Shown here: positions 1 through 8,548 of the stretch, piece after piece
How the letters are laid out: each line of letters begins with the position of its first letter
Numbering within the stretch: the first letter of the stretch is position 1
DNA from: Candidatus Omnitrophota bacterium
GTDB lineage: Bacteria; Omnitrophota; Gorgyraeia; Gygaellales; JBFMHM01
Assembly: GCA_040753015.1 (NCBI GenBank)
Contig: JBFMHM010000008.1
Location: 11,154-59,445 of the forward strand
Direction: 5' to 3'
Length of the DNA stretch: 48,292 nucleotides
Notes under the pieces: generated by a model
Told to the model about the DNA's origin: nothing
Seen by the model: the letters and a program-made list of their open reading frames with translations, nothing else
Database searches by the model: none
Made by a program: the position numbers and the translations under genes

Positions 1-730
1 CCGGAACAGTAACCTTCTCTAGCACACTTGATGCCACCGTCTCGGAAAGTTTAGGCATTACTGCAGGGACAGGCAACATCGTCTTTACCGGCGCAGTAGG
101 AGCAGGCACGAGATTAGGCGCATTAACTCTAACCAGTGCAACTGATGTTACAGCAGATGCAATTACAGCTGCATCAATTACTCAAACAGCCTCAAGCGGC
201 ACAACCACATTTAACGGTGCAGTAAATACCAATGCAATAGCTGGTATTGATTTAAATGGCAGTACCTATGCAATTAACTCAACAATTACAACCACAGCAG
301 CCGGCCCACTTACAATTACTAACTCTGGTGTTTTAACTATTGCTGCTGCCGCAGACTTTAATCTTGATGGTGCATTTAGCCAAGATGGTGCAAGCACAGT
401 AAGTACTGCAGGAGATATCACCACAACCAATGATGCAATTAGCTTCTTACGTGCAGTAACCTTAACCGGAAATGTACTTTTAAACACCGGCGCAGGTGCC
501 GGAACAGTAACCTTCTCTAGCACACTTGATGCCACCGTCTCGGAAAGTTTAGGCATTACTGCAGGGACAGGCAACATCGTCTTTACCGGCGCAGTAGGAG
601 CAGGCACGAGATTAGGCGCATTAACCCTTACCAGTGCAACTGATGTTACAGCAGATGCAATTACTGCTGCATCAATTAGCCAAGTTGCCTCAAGCGGCAC
701 AACTACATTTAATGGAGCAGTAAATCTAAC
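1..730. repeat. Tandem in-frame repeat, period 498 bp (166 codons); copy A from 1, copy B from 499
   Basis: Bases 1-126 recur almost identically at 499-624. Similarity continues with scattered mismatches to about 230/730, then diverges. Confidence 0.9.
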
Positions 731-1874
731 CGGTACTTTTAGTATTGCCGCTGGAGTAACAGTAACCGCTGCCGCGGTAAATTGGAATATTGGCGATGAC
801 TGGTTGAATCTCGGTACTTTTAATTCTAACGGTTCTACGATTATTTTTGATATAGCTGCAAATCCTGCTACGATTAATGGTAATACAACATTTACTAACT
901 TACAATGTACAACTGCTGGAAAAACTTTAATTTTTACTAGAGGCACAACTCAGACCGTAACGGGTTCGCTTAATTTTACAGGAGCTGCTTTAAATGCTAT
1001 TATAATTAATGATGTAGGTTTAGGTGCTGTTCCAAAGTTAACAGTTCAGGCAGGTGCAACCCGGAGTATTTCAAATGTAGACGTAACGAATAACGATGCC
1101 TCGGATGGCCTGATGCTTGTTGCCGGTGGAAATTCAACGCTTTCCGGAATAACAACAAACTGGGCGCTTAGTTCAACAAGTTTAACTTATAGATGGACTG
1201 GTGCAGTGTCAACGGATTGGAATACAGCTGGAAATTGGGATATCGGATTAGTTCCCGGTGCAAACGATAAGGTAATTATTCCAAATACAGCTAACCAACC
1301 AGTGTTTGCCGGAGCCGTTACTTTAGATGATCTTACGATTAATACCGGAAGCACATTATCAACTGCCGGTAATACAGTGACTGTACTAGAAGATATTGTA
1401 TTAAACGGTAATCTAAATGCAGCAAATTCTACGATTATAGTTAGTGGTAATATTAGTGGCAATGGAGTGATAGAAGGGACTAATCCGATAGTTTACTGTG
1501 ATGGAGTTATTGGTGCACAAACGAGCCCGATTAATACTGCTATAACCGGAATATTTATTTTGAAGGTGAGTGGTATAGAGGAAAATAGCTCTATTTCTCT
1601 AAAAGGTTCGGGTAGTTTTAGTCTAGAAGGCGATACCCCTGGTTTTGTTTTTATAAATGGTTTTAAACCATATCTTGGCCAAACGGAAATTAGGAATAAT
1701 TTAATCACAAACGAAGCCCCAATGTTTAATTCTTTCATTAGAACTCCTTTTGTAGCTGTAAACCCTGCTGTAATTCTACCTATGACTATTGTTAGAGTAC
1801 CTGTAATAGCTGGTCAAAATTCAGACTTACAATCAAAACTTAACCTAAAAAATAAAAAAAAGAAAACAGCCTAG
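3..1874 (+). CDS. Giant repetitive Ala/Thr/Gly/Asn-rich beta-helix-type surface (adhesin-like) protein, C-terminal part; 5' end lies outside the window
   Basis: Frame +3 is open from base 3 and is in phase with the listed 804..1874 ORF. Translation GTVTFSSTLDATVSESLGITAGTGNIVFTGAVGAGTRLGALTLTSATDVTADAI recurs. The motif YRWTGAVSTDWNTAGNWD resembles passenger-domain repeats of large secreted proteins. Ends in a Lys-rich tail, KNKKKKTA. Confidence 0.8.
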   Translation, partial: GTVTFSSTLDATVSESLGITAGTGNIVFTGAVGAGTRLGALTLTSATDVTADAITAASITQTASSGTTTFNGAVNTNAIAGIDLNGSTYAINSTITTTAAGPLTITNSGVLTIAAAADFNLDGAFSQDGASTVSTAGDITTTNDAISFLRAVTLTGNVLLNTGAGAGTVTFSSTLDATVSESLGITAGTGNIVFTGAVGAGTRLGALTLTSATDVTADAITAASISQVASSGTTTFNGAVNLTGTFSIAAGVTVTAAAVNWNIGDDWLNLGTFNSNGSTIIFDIAANPATINGNTTFTNLQCTTAGKTLIFTRGTTQTVTGSLNFTGAALNAIIINDVGLGAVPKLTVQAGATRSISNVDVTNNDASDGLMLVAGGNSTLSGITTNWALSSTSLTYRWTGAVSTDWNTAGNWDIGLVPGANDKVIIPNTANQPVFAGAVTLDDLTINTGSTLSTAGNTVTVLEDIVLNGNLNAANSTIIVSGNISGNGVIEGTNPIVYCDGVIGAQTSPINTAITGIFILKVSGIEENSSISLKGSGSFSLEGDTPGFVFINGFKPYLGQTEIRNNLITNEAPMFNSFIRTPFVAVNPAVILPMTIVRVPVIAGQNSDLQSKLNLKNKKKKTA

Positions 1875-1889
1875 GCAAAATAAATATAA

Positions 1890-3857
1890 ATGATTTCAAT
1901 AAATAATGTTTCAAAAAATTATGGCCAGAAGATCCTTTTTGAAAACATTTCTTTTAGCATAAACAAAGGCGAGAAAATTGGCCTTATTGGCCCAAATGGT
2001 GCAGGCAAGAGCACTTTTTTTTCTTTGATACTCGGTGAAACCGAGCCTTCCGGCGGCAGTATTCAAAAAATTAAGAATATTCGCATAGGATATCTTCCTC
2101 AGGAAGCAAGTTTTAAATCCGATCAGACTGTTCTTTCAGAAATTACTGAAGGTGATAGAGAAATTCTTAATCTAGTAAAAGAAAAAGAAGAGCTTGAGCA
2201 AAAAAATAAGGCGGATTCTAACCGTTATGGAGAAATTTTGCACGAATTAGAAGTTTTGGATTATTTTGAATTAGAGCATAAGGCAAAAAAGATCCTTTCG
2301 GGCCTTGGATTTAAAGAAAAAGATTTTATCCGTCCTATAAATCAAATGAGCGGCGGTTGGCAGATGCGAACGCTGCTTGCAAAACTACTTACGCTTCATT
2401 ATGATTTTTTACTTTTAGATGAGCCAACTAACTATCTAGATTTAAATGCTGCTATTTGGTTAAAAGATTTTCTGAAAAACTATAAGGGTTCATTCTTAAT
2501 GATTTCTCATGATAAAGTATTTTTAACTGAAGTTACAAATTATACCTTGATTCTAGAAAACGGAATGATTACAAAGGTGCACGGCAATTATGAGCATTAT
2601 GAACAAATAAAAGAAGAAAAGCGTATACATCTTTTAAAACAATTTAAGGAACAGGAAAAGAAAAAGGAACAGCTTGAAAAATTTATCAGCCGTTTTCATG
2701 CACAGCCAAATAAGGCATCAAGCGTACGGGCAAAAAGGAAGTTTTTAGAGCAAATGGATGAAGTTATCCTTCCGCCAGATCCCCGCGAAAGCATTCGGGA
2801 TTTTAAGTTTCCTCAGACTAGAGCTTCCGGGCATCGTGTTATTAAGCTTGATAAGATATCAAAGGCATACGGAGATATTCAGGTATATCGTGATTTTGAC
2901 TTCGAAATTTTTAAGGACGAAAAAGCCGTTCTTGTTGGTGAAAATGGAGCAGGAAAGTCGACGCTTTTAAAAATCCTCGGCGGCATAATCAATATTGATA
3001 GTGGAAGCCGTGTAGTAGGCCATAATGTTGATATTGGATATTTTTCTCAGACTAGAATGGACGTGCTTAATCCAGAAAATACAGTTTTGAGAGAAGTCTA
3101 TTCAGCTGCGCCTGGCTTTACCTCAGAGGAAACAATTCGAACAATTCTCGGCGCGTTTTTATTTACAGGTGATGATTCAGATAAAAAAGTAAGCGTTCTT
3201 TCAGGAGGAGAAAAAAGCCGTCTTATTTTGGCAAAACTTTTAATTAATCCGCCAAATTTTTTGCTTCTTGATGAACCTACTACGCATTTAGATATCGATG
3301 CAGTAGAGGCGCTTATTAAGGCATTGAAAGATTACCAAGGAACGATATGTTTTATTAGTCATGATATTTATTTTGTTGAGTCTTTGGCTAATGTAGTTTA
3401 TGATGTTTCCGCCAAAGGCGGATCCGCCGCTGGCGGAAAAGATACCCAGGTAAAAAAATACCCTGGTAGATTTGATTATTATTTAGAGAAGAAAACAGAA
3501 GACAAAGACGAAAATCTTACGAAATCAAAAAATCACAGCAGGGAATTGCCGCAGCCATTACCTACGCAATCCCAGATCATAGCAGGGAAAAAGAAGGAAG
3601 AAGAAAAGCACAGAAAAGAACAAGAGAAAAAGCTAAAAATACATAATGATCCAATTAAACAAAAGATCGATAAGCTTCGTAAAGAAAGAGACGATCTTAA
3701 TCTAGAAAGTTATGCCAAGGCGCGCGCTTTATCAGATACTCGTGGTTATCGAGATGAAGAAACCTTAAAAGGATACGGCCGGCGTTTGAAAGAAATCCAG
3801 AATAGATTAGTTGAGATTGAGAAAGAGATAGAATTATTAAGATGTCAATTGTGGTAA
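1890..3857 (+). CDS. ABC-F family ATPase (Uup/YheS/EttA-like translation factor type) with a Lys/Glu-rich coiled-coil C-terminal tail
   Basis: Two ABC cassettes: Walker A GPNGAGKST and GENGAGKST, signatures MSGGWQ and LSGGEKSR, Walker B LLLDEPTN and LLLDEPTT. No transmembrane domain. Confidence 0.9.
   Translation: MISINNVSKNYGQKILFENISFSINKGEKIGLIGPNGAGKSTFFSLILGETEPSGGSIQKIKNIRIGYLPQEASFKSDQTVLSEITEGDREILNLVKEKEELEQKNKADSNRYGEILHELEVLDYFELEHKAKKILSGLGFKEKDFIRPINQMSGGWQMRTLLAKLLTLHYDFLLLDEPTNYLDLNAAIWLKDFLKNYKGSFLMISHDKVFLTEVTNYTLILENGMITKVHGNYEHYEQIKEEKRIHLLKQFKEQEKKKEQLEKFISRFHAQPNKASSVRAKRKFLEQMDEVILPPDPRESIRDFKFPQTRASGHRVIKLDKISKAYGDIQVYRDFDFEIFKDEKAVLVGENGAGKSTLLKILGGIINIDSGSRVVGHNVDIGYFSQTRMDVLNPENTVLREVYSAAPGFTSEETIRTILGAFLFTGDDSDKKVSVLSGGEKSRLILAKLLINPPNFLLLDEPTTHLDIDAVEALIKALKDYQGTICFISHDIYFVESLANVVYDVSAKGGSAAGGKDTQVKKYPGRFDYYLEKKTEDKDENLTKSKNHSRELPQPLPTQSQIIAGKKKEEEKHRKEQEKKLKIHNDPIKQKIDKLRKERDDLNLESYAKARALSDTRGYRDEETLKGYGRRLKEIQNRLVEIEKEIELLRCQLW
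3408..3437. repeat. In-frame 30-bp GC-rich element made of two tandem 15-bp hairpin units (TCCGCC-nnn-GGCGGA) inside the ABC-F gene
   Basis: tccgccaaaggcgga followed by tccgccgctggcgga, encoding SAKGGSAAGG. Strong GC contrast with the flanking sequence. Confidence 0.7.
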
Positions 3858-3876
3858 AATATGAGTGGAGGTTAGT

Positions 3877-4350
3877 ATGCCGCAGGATAACTATTTAACA
3901 AGAGAAGGTTTTAATAAATTAATGCAGGAATTAGAATATTTAAAAACTACTAAGCGTAGAGAGATTTCTAAAGAAATTGCTAAAGCGCGCGCATTCGGAG
4001 ACTTAAAAGAAAACGCTGAATATGATGCGGCTAAGAATGAGCAAGGATTAAATGAGAAAAAAATTGCTGAGTTAGAATTTAAGCTTTCTCAAGCAAGTAT
4101 AATTGATGATACAAATATTGAAAAAGACAAAGTTTTAATTGGCGCAAAAGTTAAATTGTTGGATTTAGATACACAAGAAGAATGTGAGTACATATTTGTA
4201 TCTGAACTAGAAGCAGATTATGCACAGAATAAAATTTCTATAACTTCACCTATTGGCAGAGGTCTTTTAGGGCATAAAAAGGGTGAAGTTGTCGAGATAA
4301 AAATTCCTGCGGGCATATTAAAGTACAAAATATTAAGTATTTGCAGGTAG
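3877..4350 (+). CDS. greA: Transcription elongation factor GreA
   Basis: MPQDNYLTREGFNKLMQELEYLK...RREISKEIAKARAFGDLKENAEYDAAK is the classic GreA N-terminal coiled coil. GGAGG lies 5 nt upstream of the ATG at 3877, in frame with listed ORF 3865. Confidence 0.9.
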   Translation: MPQDNYLTREGFNKLMQELEYLKTTKRREISKEIAKARAFGDLKENAEYDAAKNEQGLNEKKIAELEFKLSQASIIDDTNIEKDKVLIGAKVKLLDLDTQEECEYIFVSELEADYAQNKISITSPIGRGLLGHKKGEVVEIKIPAGILKYKILSICR

Positions 4351-4352
4351 GT

Positions 4353-4868
4353 ATGAATAAGAAATTGAAAACTTTATATCAGGGAAATTTGATCAGTATG
4401 TATACAGAAAGGCATAAATACCCTAATGGCAGTATTATAAATCTAGAAATAATTAGGCATCCCGGTGCAGTTTTAGTTATCCCTTTTTTAGATAAGAATA
4501 AGATAGTTCTAATTAAACAGTATAGGCCTGTAATTAATTCCTACATTTGGGAATTACCTGCCGGTACTTTAAGAAAAGGCGAAGATTTAATTCTTTGTGC
4601 AAAGAGAGAACTTTGTGAAGAAATCGGTTATAATGCAAAGCAAATTAAAAAAATTGGTTTTATATATCCGGCCCCTGGTTACACAACAGAGAAAATAGTT
4701 ATCTTTAGAGCAGATAAATTAGTAAAAGCAGCGCTGCATCAACATGAAGAAGACGAAGTTATTACACCAAAGATATTTTCTAAGACCCAAATAAAAAATT
4801 TAATCGAAAATAAAAAAATTGTTGATGCAAAAACAATTTCTGCTTTAGCGCTATCTGGTGTTATTTGA
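4353..4868 (+). CDS. NUDIX hydrolase (ADP-ribose pyrophosphatase-like)
   Basis: Nudix box GTLRKGEDLILCAKRELCEEIGY (G-x5-E-x7-REUxEExGU). The internal ATG at 4353 is preferred over the TTG at 4341. Confidence 0.8.
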   Translation: MNKKLKTLYQGNLISMYTERHKYPNGSIINLEIIRHPGAVLVIPFLDKNKIVLIKQYRPVINSYIWELPAGTLRKGEDLILCAKRELCEEIGYNAKQIKKIGFIYPAPGYTTEKIVIFRADKLVKAALHQHEEDEVITPKIFSKTQIKNLIENKKIVDAKTISALALSGVI

Positions 4869-4880
4869 TCTCCTTGTAAG

Positions 4881-5951
4881 ATGATGGCCAATTCCCTCTA
4901 TATACACATCCCATTTTGTAGAAAAAAATGTTTGTATTGCGATTTTTATAGTTTTCCCTGCAATTATGATATTGTAATTGCTTATATTAATACTTTAATT
5001 AAACAAATAGAGCAAATTGATAATAAGTTTTTGACAATCTATATTGGCGGAGGTACGCCAAGCCTACTTAGCTTGGCTCTGATTAAAAAATTATTATCCA
5101 GCTTGCAAAAAAATATCCAAAATAATACAGAGTTCACTATTGAGGTAAATCCAGACAGCCTAACAAGAGAAAAATCAAATCTGTTTTTAGATTATAAAGT
5201 AAATCGGTTAAGTATTGGTGTTCAATCTTTTAATAATGAAACATTAAAAAAACTAGGCCGTATTCATAATGCAGAAAAATCTATCGATGCAATTAGGATA
5301 GCTGCCAACGCCGGTTTTAAAAATATTAATATTGATTTAATTTTTGGTATTTGGGGCCAGTGTATCAATGATTGGAATAGAGAGCTCAGCCTAGCTGTTA
5401 AATTACCGATAAAACATATATCTTGCTATGCGCTTAGTTATGAGAAAAAAACAGGCCTCTATAGAAAAGTGCAAAGCAAAAATATAACCCCTTTAGATAG
5501 TGCTTTAGTTGCGGAGATGTTCGAATATACAATTGAATATCTGCCAACAAAAGGATTTTTGCATTACGAAGTTTCTAATTTCTCGAAAAAAGAATATGAG
5601 TGCAGGCATAATTTTAATTATTGGCAGAATAATGATTATATTGGATTAGGGGAAAGCGCAGTTTCTTATATTAACGGAGAACGGATAAAAAATATTGGAG
5701 AAAAAATATCTAGAGAAAGACTATCTATCGAAAAACGGGCAAAAGAAACCGCAGCATTAAAAATTAGGACAAAGGAAGGGATTAATTTTACCTGGTTTAA
5801 ACAAAAAACTGGGTTTGACGTGAAAGAATTTATTAAAGATTCTTTAGATAACCTTTTAGCGAATAATTTAGTTAAACTAGATGCTAGGAATATTAAGCTT
5901 ACTAAGAAGGGTTTTTTATTCGCCGATACAATTTCCAGTAGTTTTTTATGA
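4881..5951 (+). CDS. hemW: Radical SAM HemN-like protein (heme chaperone HemW / oxygen-independent coproporphyrinogen oxidase family)
   Basis: LYIHIPFCRKKCLYCDFYS (CxxxCxxC radical SAM motif), IYIGGGTPS, and HemN_C-like tail. Confidence 0.8.
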   Translation: MMANSLYIHIPFCRKKCLYCDFYSFPCNYDIVIAYINTLIKQIEQIDNKFLTIYIGGGTPSLLSLALIKKLLSSLQKNIQNNTEFTIEVNPDSLTREKSNLFLDYKVNRLSIGVQSFNNETLKKLGRIHNAEKSIDAIRIAANAGFKNINIDLIFGIWGQCINDWNRELSLAVKLPIKHISCYALSYEKKTGLYRKVQSKNITPLDSALVAEMFEYTIEYLPTKGFLHYEVSNFSKKEYECRHNFNYWQNNDYIGLGESAVSYINGERIKNIGEKISRERLSIEKRAKETAALKIRTKEGINFTWFKQKTGFDVKEFIKDSLDNLLANNLVKLDARNIKLTKKGFLFADTISSSFL

Positions 5952-6015
5952 GTGCTTATGTTACAATAAAACAACTTATATTTTTTAGGATCTTAATTTG
6001 TAAAAATGGAGATGT

Positions 6016-6741
6016 ATGGAAGTTAAGGCGAGAATAGAAAAGAATGTCGTAATTTTGGATTTATCTGGTAACATTGATGTTAATTCAGCTATTTTTGTAG
6101 AGGTTGTTGGCCAATGTCTTCGTGACGGGTATTATGATATTCTTTGTAATTTTGATGAAGTTGACTCTTTGGATTATATGGGTGTTTCAGTGATAATGAT
6201 TGCTTATAAGGAAGTTATTAATAGTAATGGCAGAATGAAGTTTGTGAACATTCCAATAAACTTAAAAAATATATTTTCTGTTGCTGGGCTGGATAAAGAA
6301 ATTGATATTTATGCTACAGAGGATTCAGCATTAGAAAGTTTCAAAGAAGATAGAGTCATAGACAATATAAAAAAAATGCAGTTACGCCGGCGTTTTAAGC
6401 GTTTACCTATAGATATTAAAATAGAAATTTGCGATAAATATAGCAAATCTAATTGTGAAAAAGCGGATATTTTAAATTTGAGCGGCATAGGTGCTTATAT
6501 CTATGGGGCAAGTAAATTTAAACTAGGCGATAGGGTAATTTTAAAGTTTAGGCTTTCACCGAAATTAGAAGAGATGGAGTTAGATGCAGAAGTCGTATGG
6601 ATTTCTGATAAGCAAATTCAACCGCAGGCACATCCTGGTATGGGTATAGAGTTTCGTAATATTTCTAGCATTATTCAGGCGAAGATCCTCGATTTTATTG
6701 ATAAAAACCTTCCTTTAATATCAACAGATAATGGTAAATAA
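6016..6741 (+). CDS. STAS (anti-sigma-factor-antagonist-like) domain fused to a C-terminal PilZ domain
   Basis: The N-terminal ~110 aa has a SpoIIAA-like layout (VVILDLSGNIDVNSA...VDSLDYMGVSVIM...AGLDKEIDIY). The C-terminal part carries PilZ motifs RRRFKR (RxxxR) and NLSGIG (D/NxSxxG), plus GMGIEF. Confidence 0.75.
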   Translation: MEVKARIEKNVVILDLSGNIDVNSAIFVEVVGQCLRDGYYDILCNFDEVDSLDYMGVSVIMIAYKEVINSNGRMKFVNIPINLKNIFSVAGLDKEIDIYATEDSALESFKEDRVIDNIKKMQLRRRFKRLPIDIKIEICDKYSKSNCEKADILNLSGIGAYIYGASKFKLGDRVILKFRLSPKLEEMELDAEVVWISDKQIQPQAHPGMGIEFRNISSIIQAKILDFIDKNLPLISTDNGK

Positions 6742-7030
6742 TTTTATACATAAAAAAATTAAGATTGGTAGAAAACATGTAGATGCTTTTTTAATTAAAC
6801 TTCAGGCAAAAAATTTTATAACTCTTGTTGGTAAAAATGGTTATATTATGTGTGGCTATTTAAATTTAAAAATTGCAAATAAATTTAAAGATGTAGCTAT
6901 AAAGGTTGTTGGAATTTCTACAATAGAGGAGATGCTTAAAGCAAAAATGCATAGTTGTAGTAATGCGGCAAAGAAACTAGGGATAAATAAATATCGTAGC
7001 GTCAAAGATATATTAAGAATAATTGCTTAA
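6731..7030 (+). CDS. DUF1805 (YunC-like) small protein
   Basis: GKNGYIMCGYLNLKIA...VVGISTIEEMLKA...AKKLGI resembles B. subtilis YunC-family proteins. Confidence 0.6.
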   Translation: MVNNFIHKKIKIGRKHVDAFLIKLQAKNFITLVGKNGYIMCGYLNLKIANKFKDVAIKVVGISTIEEMLKAKMHSCSNAAKKLGINKYRSVKDILRIIA

Positions 7031-7044
7031 AAAAGGATGCCTAA

Positions 7045-7317
7045 ATGGATTGGAAGATATTTTTTACAGTATTTGGTGCGGTGTTTGCTGCAGAGTTAGC
7101 CGATAAAACACAATTAGTTAGTATTATTTTTGCTTCAAAAACAGCTAAGCCGTTTACAGTATGGCTTAGCTCGGTTTGTGCTTATATGCTTGTTACAATT
7201 ATATCTGTCTTAGCAGGTGTGTTATTGGCGAAATATATAAAGCCGGAAATTATAAAATATACCGGGGCAGGTTTGTTTATCTTAATTGGCGCGCTGATGT
7301 TTTTAGGAAAATTATGA
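7045..7317 (+). CDS. UPF0016 (GDT1/TMEM165) family membrane protein, single-repeat 90-aa form
   Basis: Three predicted TM helices and an AELADKTQL motif (E-x-G/A-D-K-T signature). Confidence 0.7.
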   Translation: MDWKIFFTVFGAVFAAELADKTQLVSIIFASKTAKPFTVWLSSVCAYMLVTIISVLAGVLLAKYIKPEIIKYTGAGLFILIGALMFLGKL

Positions 7318-7706
7318 CCGATTTTACTATAAAGAAAATAATTTATTATCACGATACAGATTCCGGTGGTGTTGTTTATTATGCTAATTATTTAAAATTT
7401 TTTGAAGAAGCGCGTACGGAATTTTTCAGAGCCAAGGGCATAAATTTTAATGAGCTTATTAATCAACAAATTTTATTTTGTGTATCAGATGTGACTATTA
7501 AATATAAAGCGCCTGCATGTTATGCTGACGAGCTTTTAGTTTTAACGAAGATAGGAAGCTTGGGTAATGTTTATATTGATTTTCTTCATGAAATAAAAAA
7601 AGATGGATTGTTTATTTGTGAATGTAAGACGCGGCTTGTGTGTATTGACAAAAACTTTAAACCCCAACAAATTCCCCGTGATATAGCTGGTATATTAGCT
7701 ATATAA
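7314..7706 (+). CDS. Acyl-CoA thioesterase, 4HBT/YbgC family
   Basis: IYYHDTDSGGVVYYANYLKFFEEARTEFF is the YbgC-type hotdog motif. The ATG at 7314 overlaps the upstream TGA (ATGA). The listed start at 7176 would overlap the previous gene. Confidence 0.8.
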   Translation: MTDFTIKKIIYYHDTDSGGVVYYANYLKFFEEARTEFFRAKGINFNELINQQILFCVSDVTIKYKAPACYADELLVLTKIGSLGNVYIDFLHEIKKDGLFICECKTRLVCIDKNFKPQQIPRDIAGILAI

Positions 7707-7707
7707 T

Positions 7708-8439
7708 TTAAATCTTTATATCTAAATAATCTTTACGTATTCTTGTTATGCTTTTAAAAATATTCATTTTGACGGCCGGGCATTTTTTTTGGAGGTTTTT
7801 TATTAAGTTCTTTATGTGTTTGCGGCTTGATTCTTCTTTTATAGGGCAGTTACAGTTGATTATAGGGAGTTTATTTTCTTTAGCGAATTGCTGCATTTTG
7901 CATTCTTCGACATAACAAAGCGGGCGAATTACAGTTAACTGTCCATTAAATAATTTTTGGCATGGATTCATTGTTGATATCTCTCCGTTAAAAAATAGAT
8001 TGAGTAGCGTAGTTTCGATAATATCGTCCATATGATGCCCTAGCATAATTTTGTTAAATCCAAGTTTTCCTGCAAGTAAGAATAGCTCTTTGCGCCTATT
8101 CCAGGAACACCAAAAACAGTTCGTTTTTTTATTTTTATCTAATACTTTTATTTTCTTAAAGTAACATTTAATGCCAAGTTTCTTACAGAGTTTATCTATA
8201 ATTTGTCTATGTTTTTGGTTATTTTTATCAAAGTCGGCTAGTATATGGCAAGCAGCTAATTCAAATTTTACTGGCGCCCAACGCTGCCTTTCTTTTAAAA
8301 GCGAAAGCAGAGATAAACTATCTTTTCCGCCGGATATACCAATTAAGATCCTGTCTCCGTTATTGATTAGCTTATAATTTTGAATTGCTTTACCAATTTT
8401 TGATGAGATATAAAATCCTGTTTTAGTAAAATTTTTCAT
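7708..8439 (-). CDS. ttcA: PP-loop ATPase, tRNA 2-thiocytidine biosynthesis TtcA-like
   Basis: SGGKDS PP-loop plus Cys pairs CFWCSW and CNCP typical of Fe-S-dependent TtcA. This is the only convincing minus-strand gene. Confidence 0.75.
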   Translation of the reverse strand: MKNFTKTGFYISSKIGKAIQNYKLINNGDRILIGISGGKDSLSLLSLLKERQRWAPVKFELAACHILADFDKNNQKHRQIIDKLCKKLGIKCYFKKIKVLDKNKKTNCFWCSWNRRKELFLLAGKLGFNKIMLGHHMDDIIETTLLNLFFNGEISTMNPCQKLFNGQLTVIRPLCYVEECKMQQFAKENKLPIINCNCPIKEESSRKHIKNLIKNLQKKCPAVKMNIFKSITRIRKDYLDIKI

Positions 8440-8548
8440 AATTGTTTAAAATTATACCACACAAGAAAAAAATATGTTATATTTATTGTATTAAGATACT
8501 ATAATAATTTGTGTGTCTTTGTGTGTCTTAATCAATCTCAGGAGAATA

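Noticed and set aside
266-946. 226-aa minus-strand ORF, plus 1187..1462 and 1493..1738 on the minus strand
   Set aside because: They lie antisense to the repeat-rich surface-protein gene. The plus-strand frame is continuous from base 3 to 1874 and shows a coherent beta-helix repeat translation. The antisense frames stay open only because the Ala/Thr/Gly-rich repeat sequence is poor in stop codons.
7176-7313. N-terminal extension of the thioesterase ORF (listed start 7176)
   Set aside because: The extension overlaps the UPF0016 gene in another frame. The conserved YbgC sequence begins right after the ATG at 7314, which overlaps the upstream stop (ATGA).
8508-8527. Tandem 10-bp direct repeat tttgtgtgtc x2 in the nfnA leader, just downstream of a TATAAT at 8500-8505
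   Set aside because: It is too short and simple to distinguish an operator from slippage, and it matches no regulator consensus I recognise.
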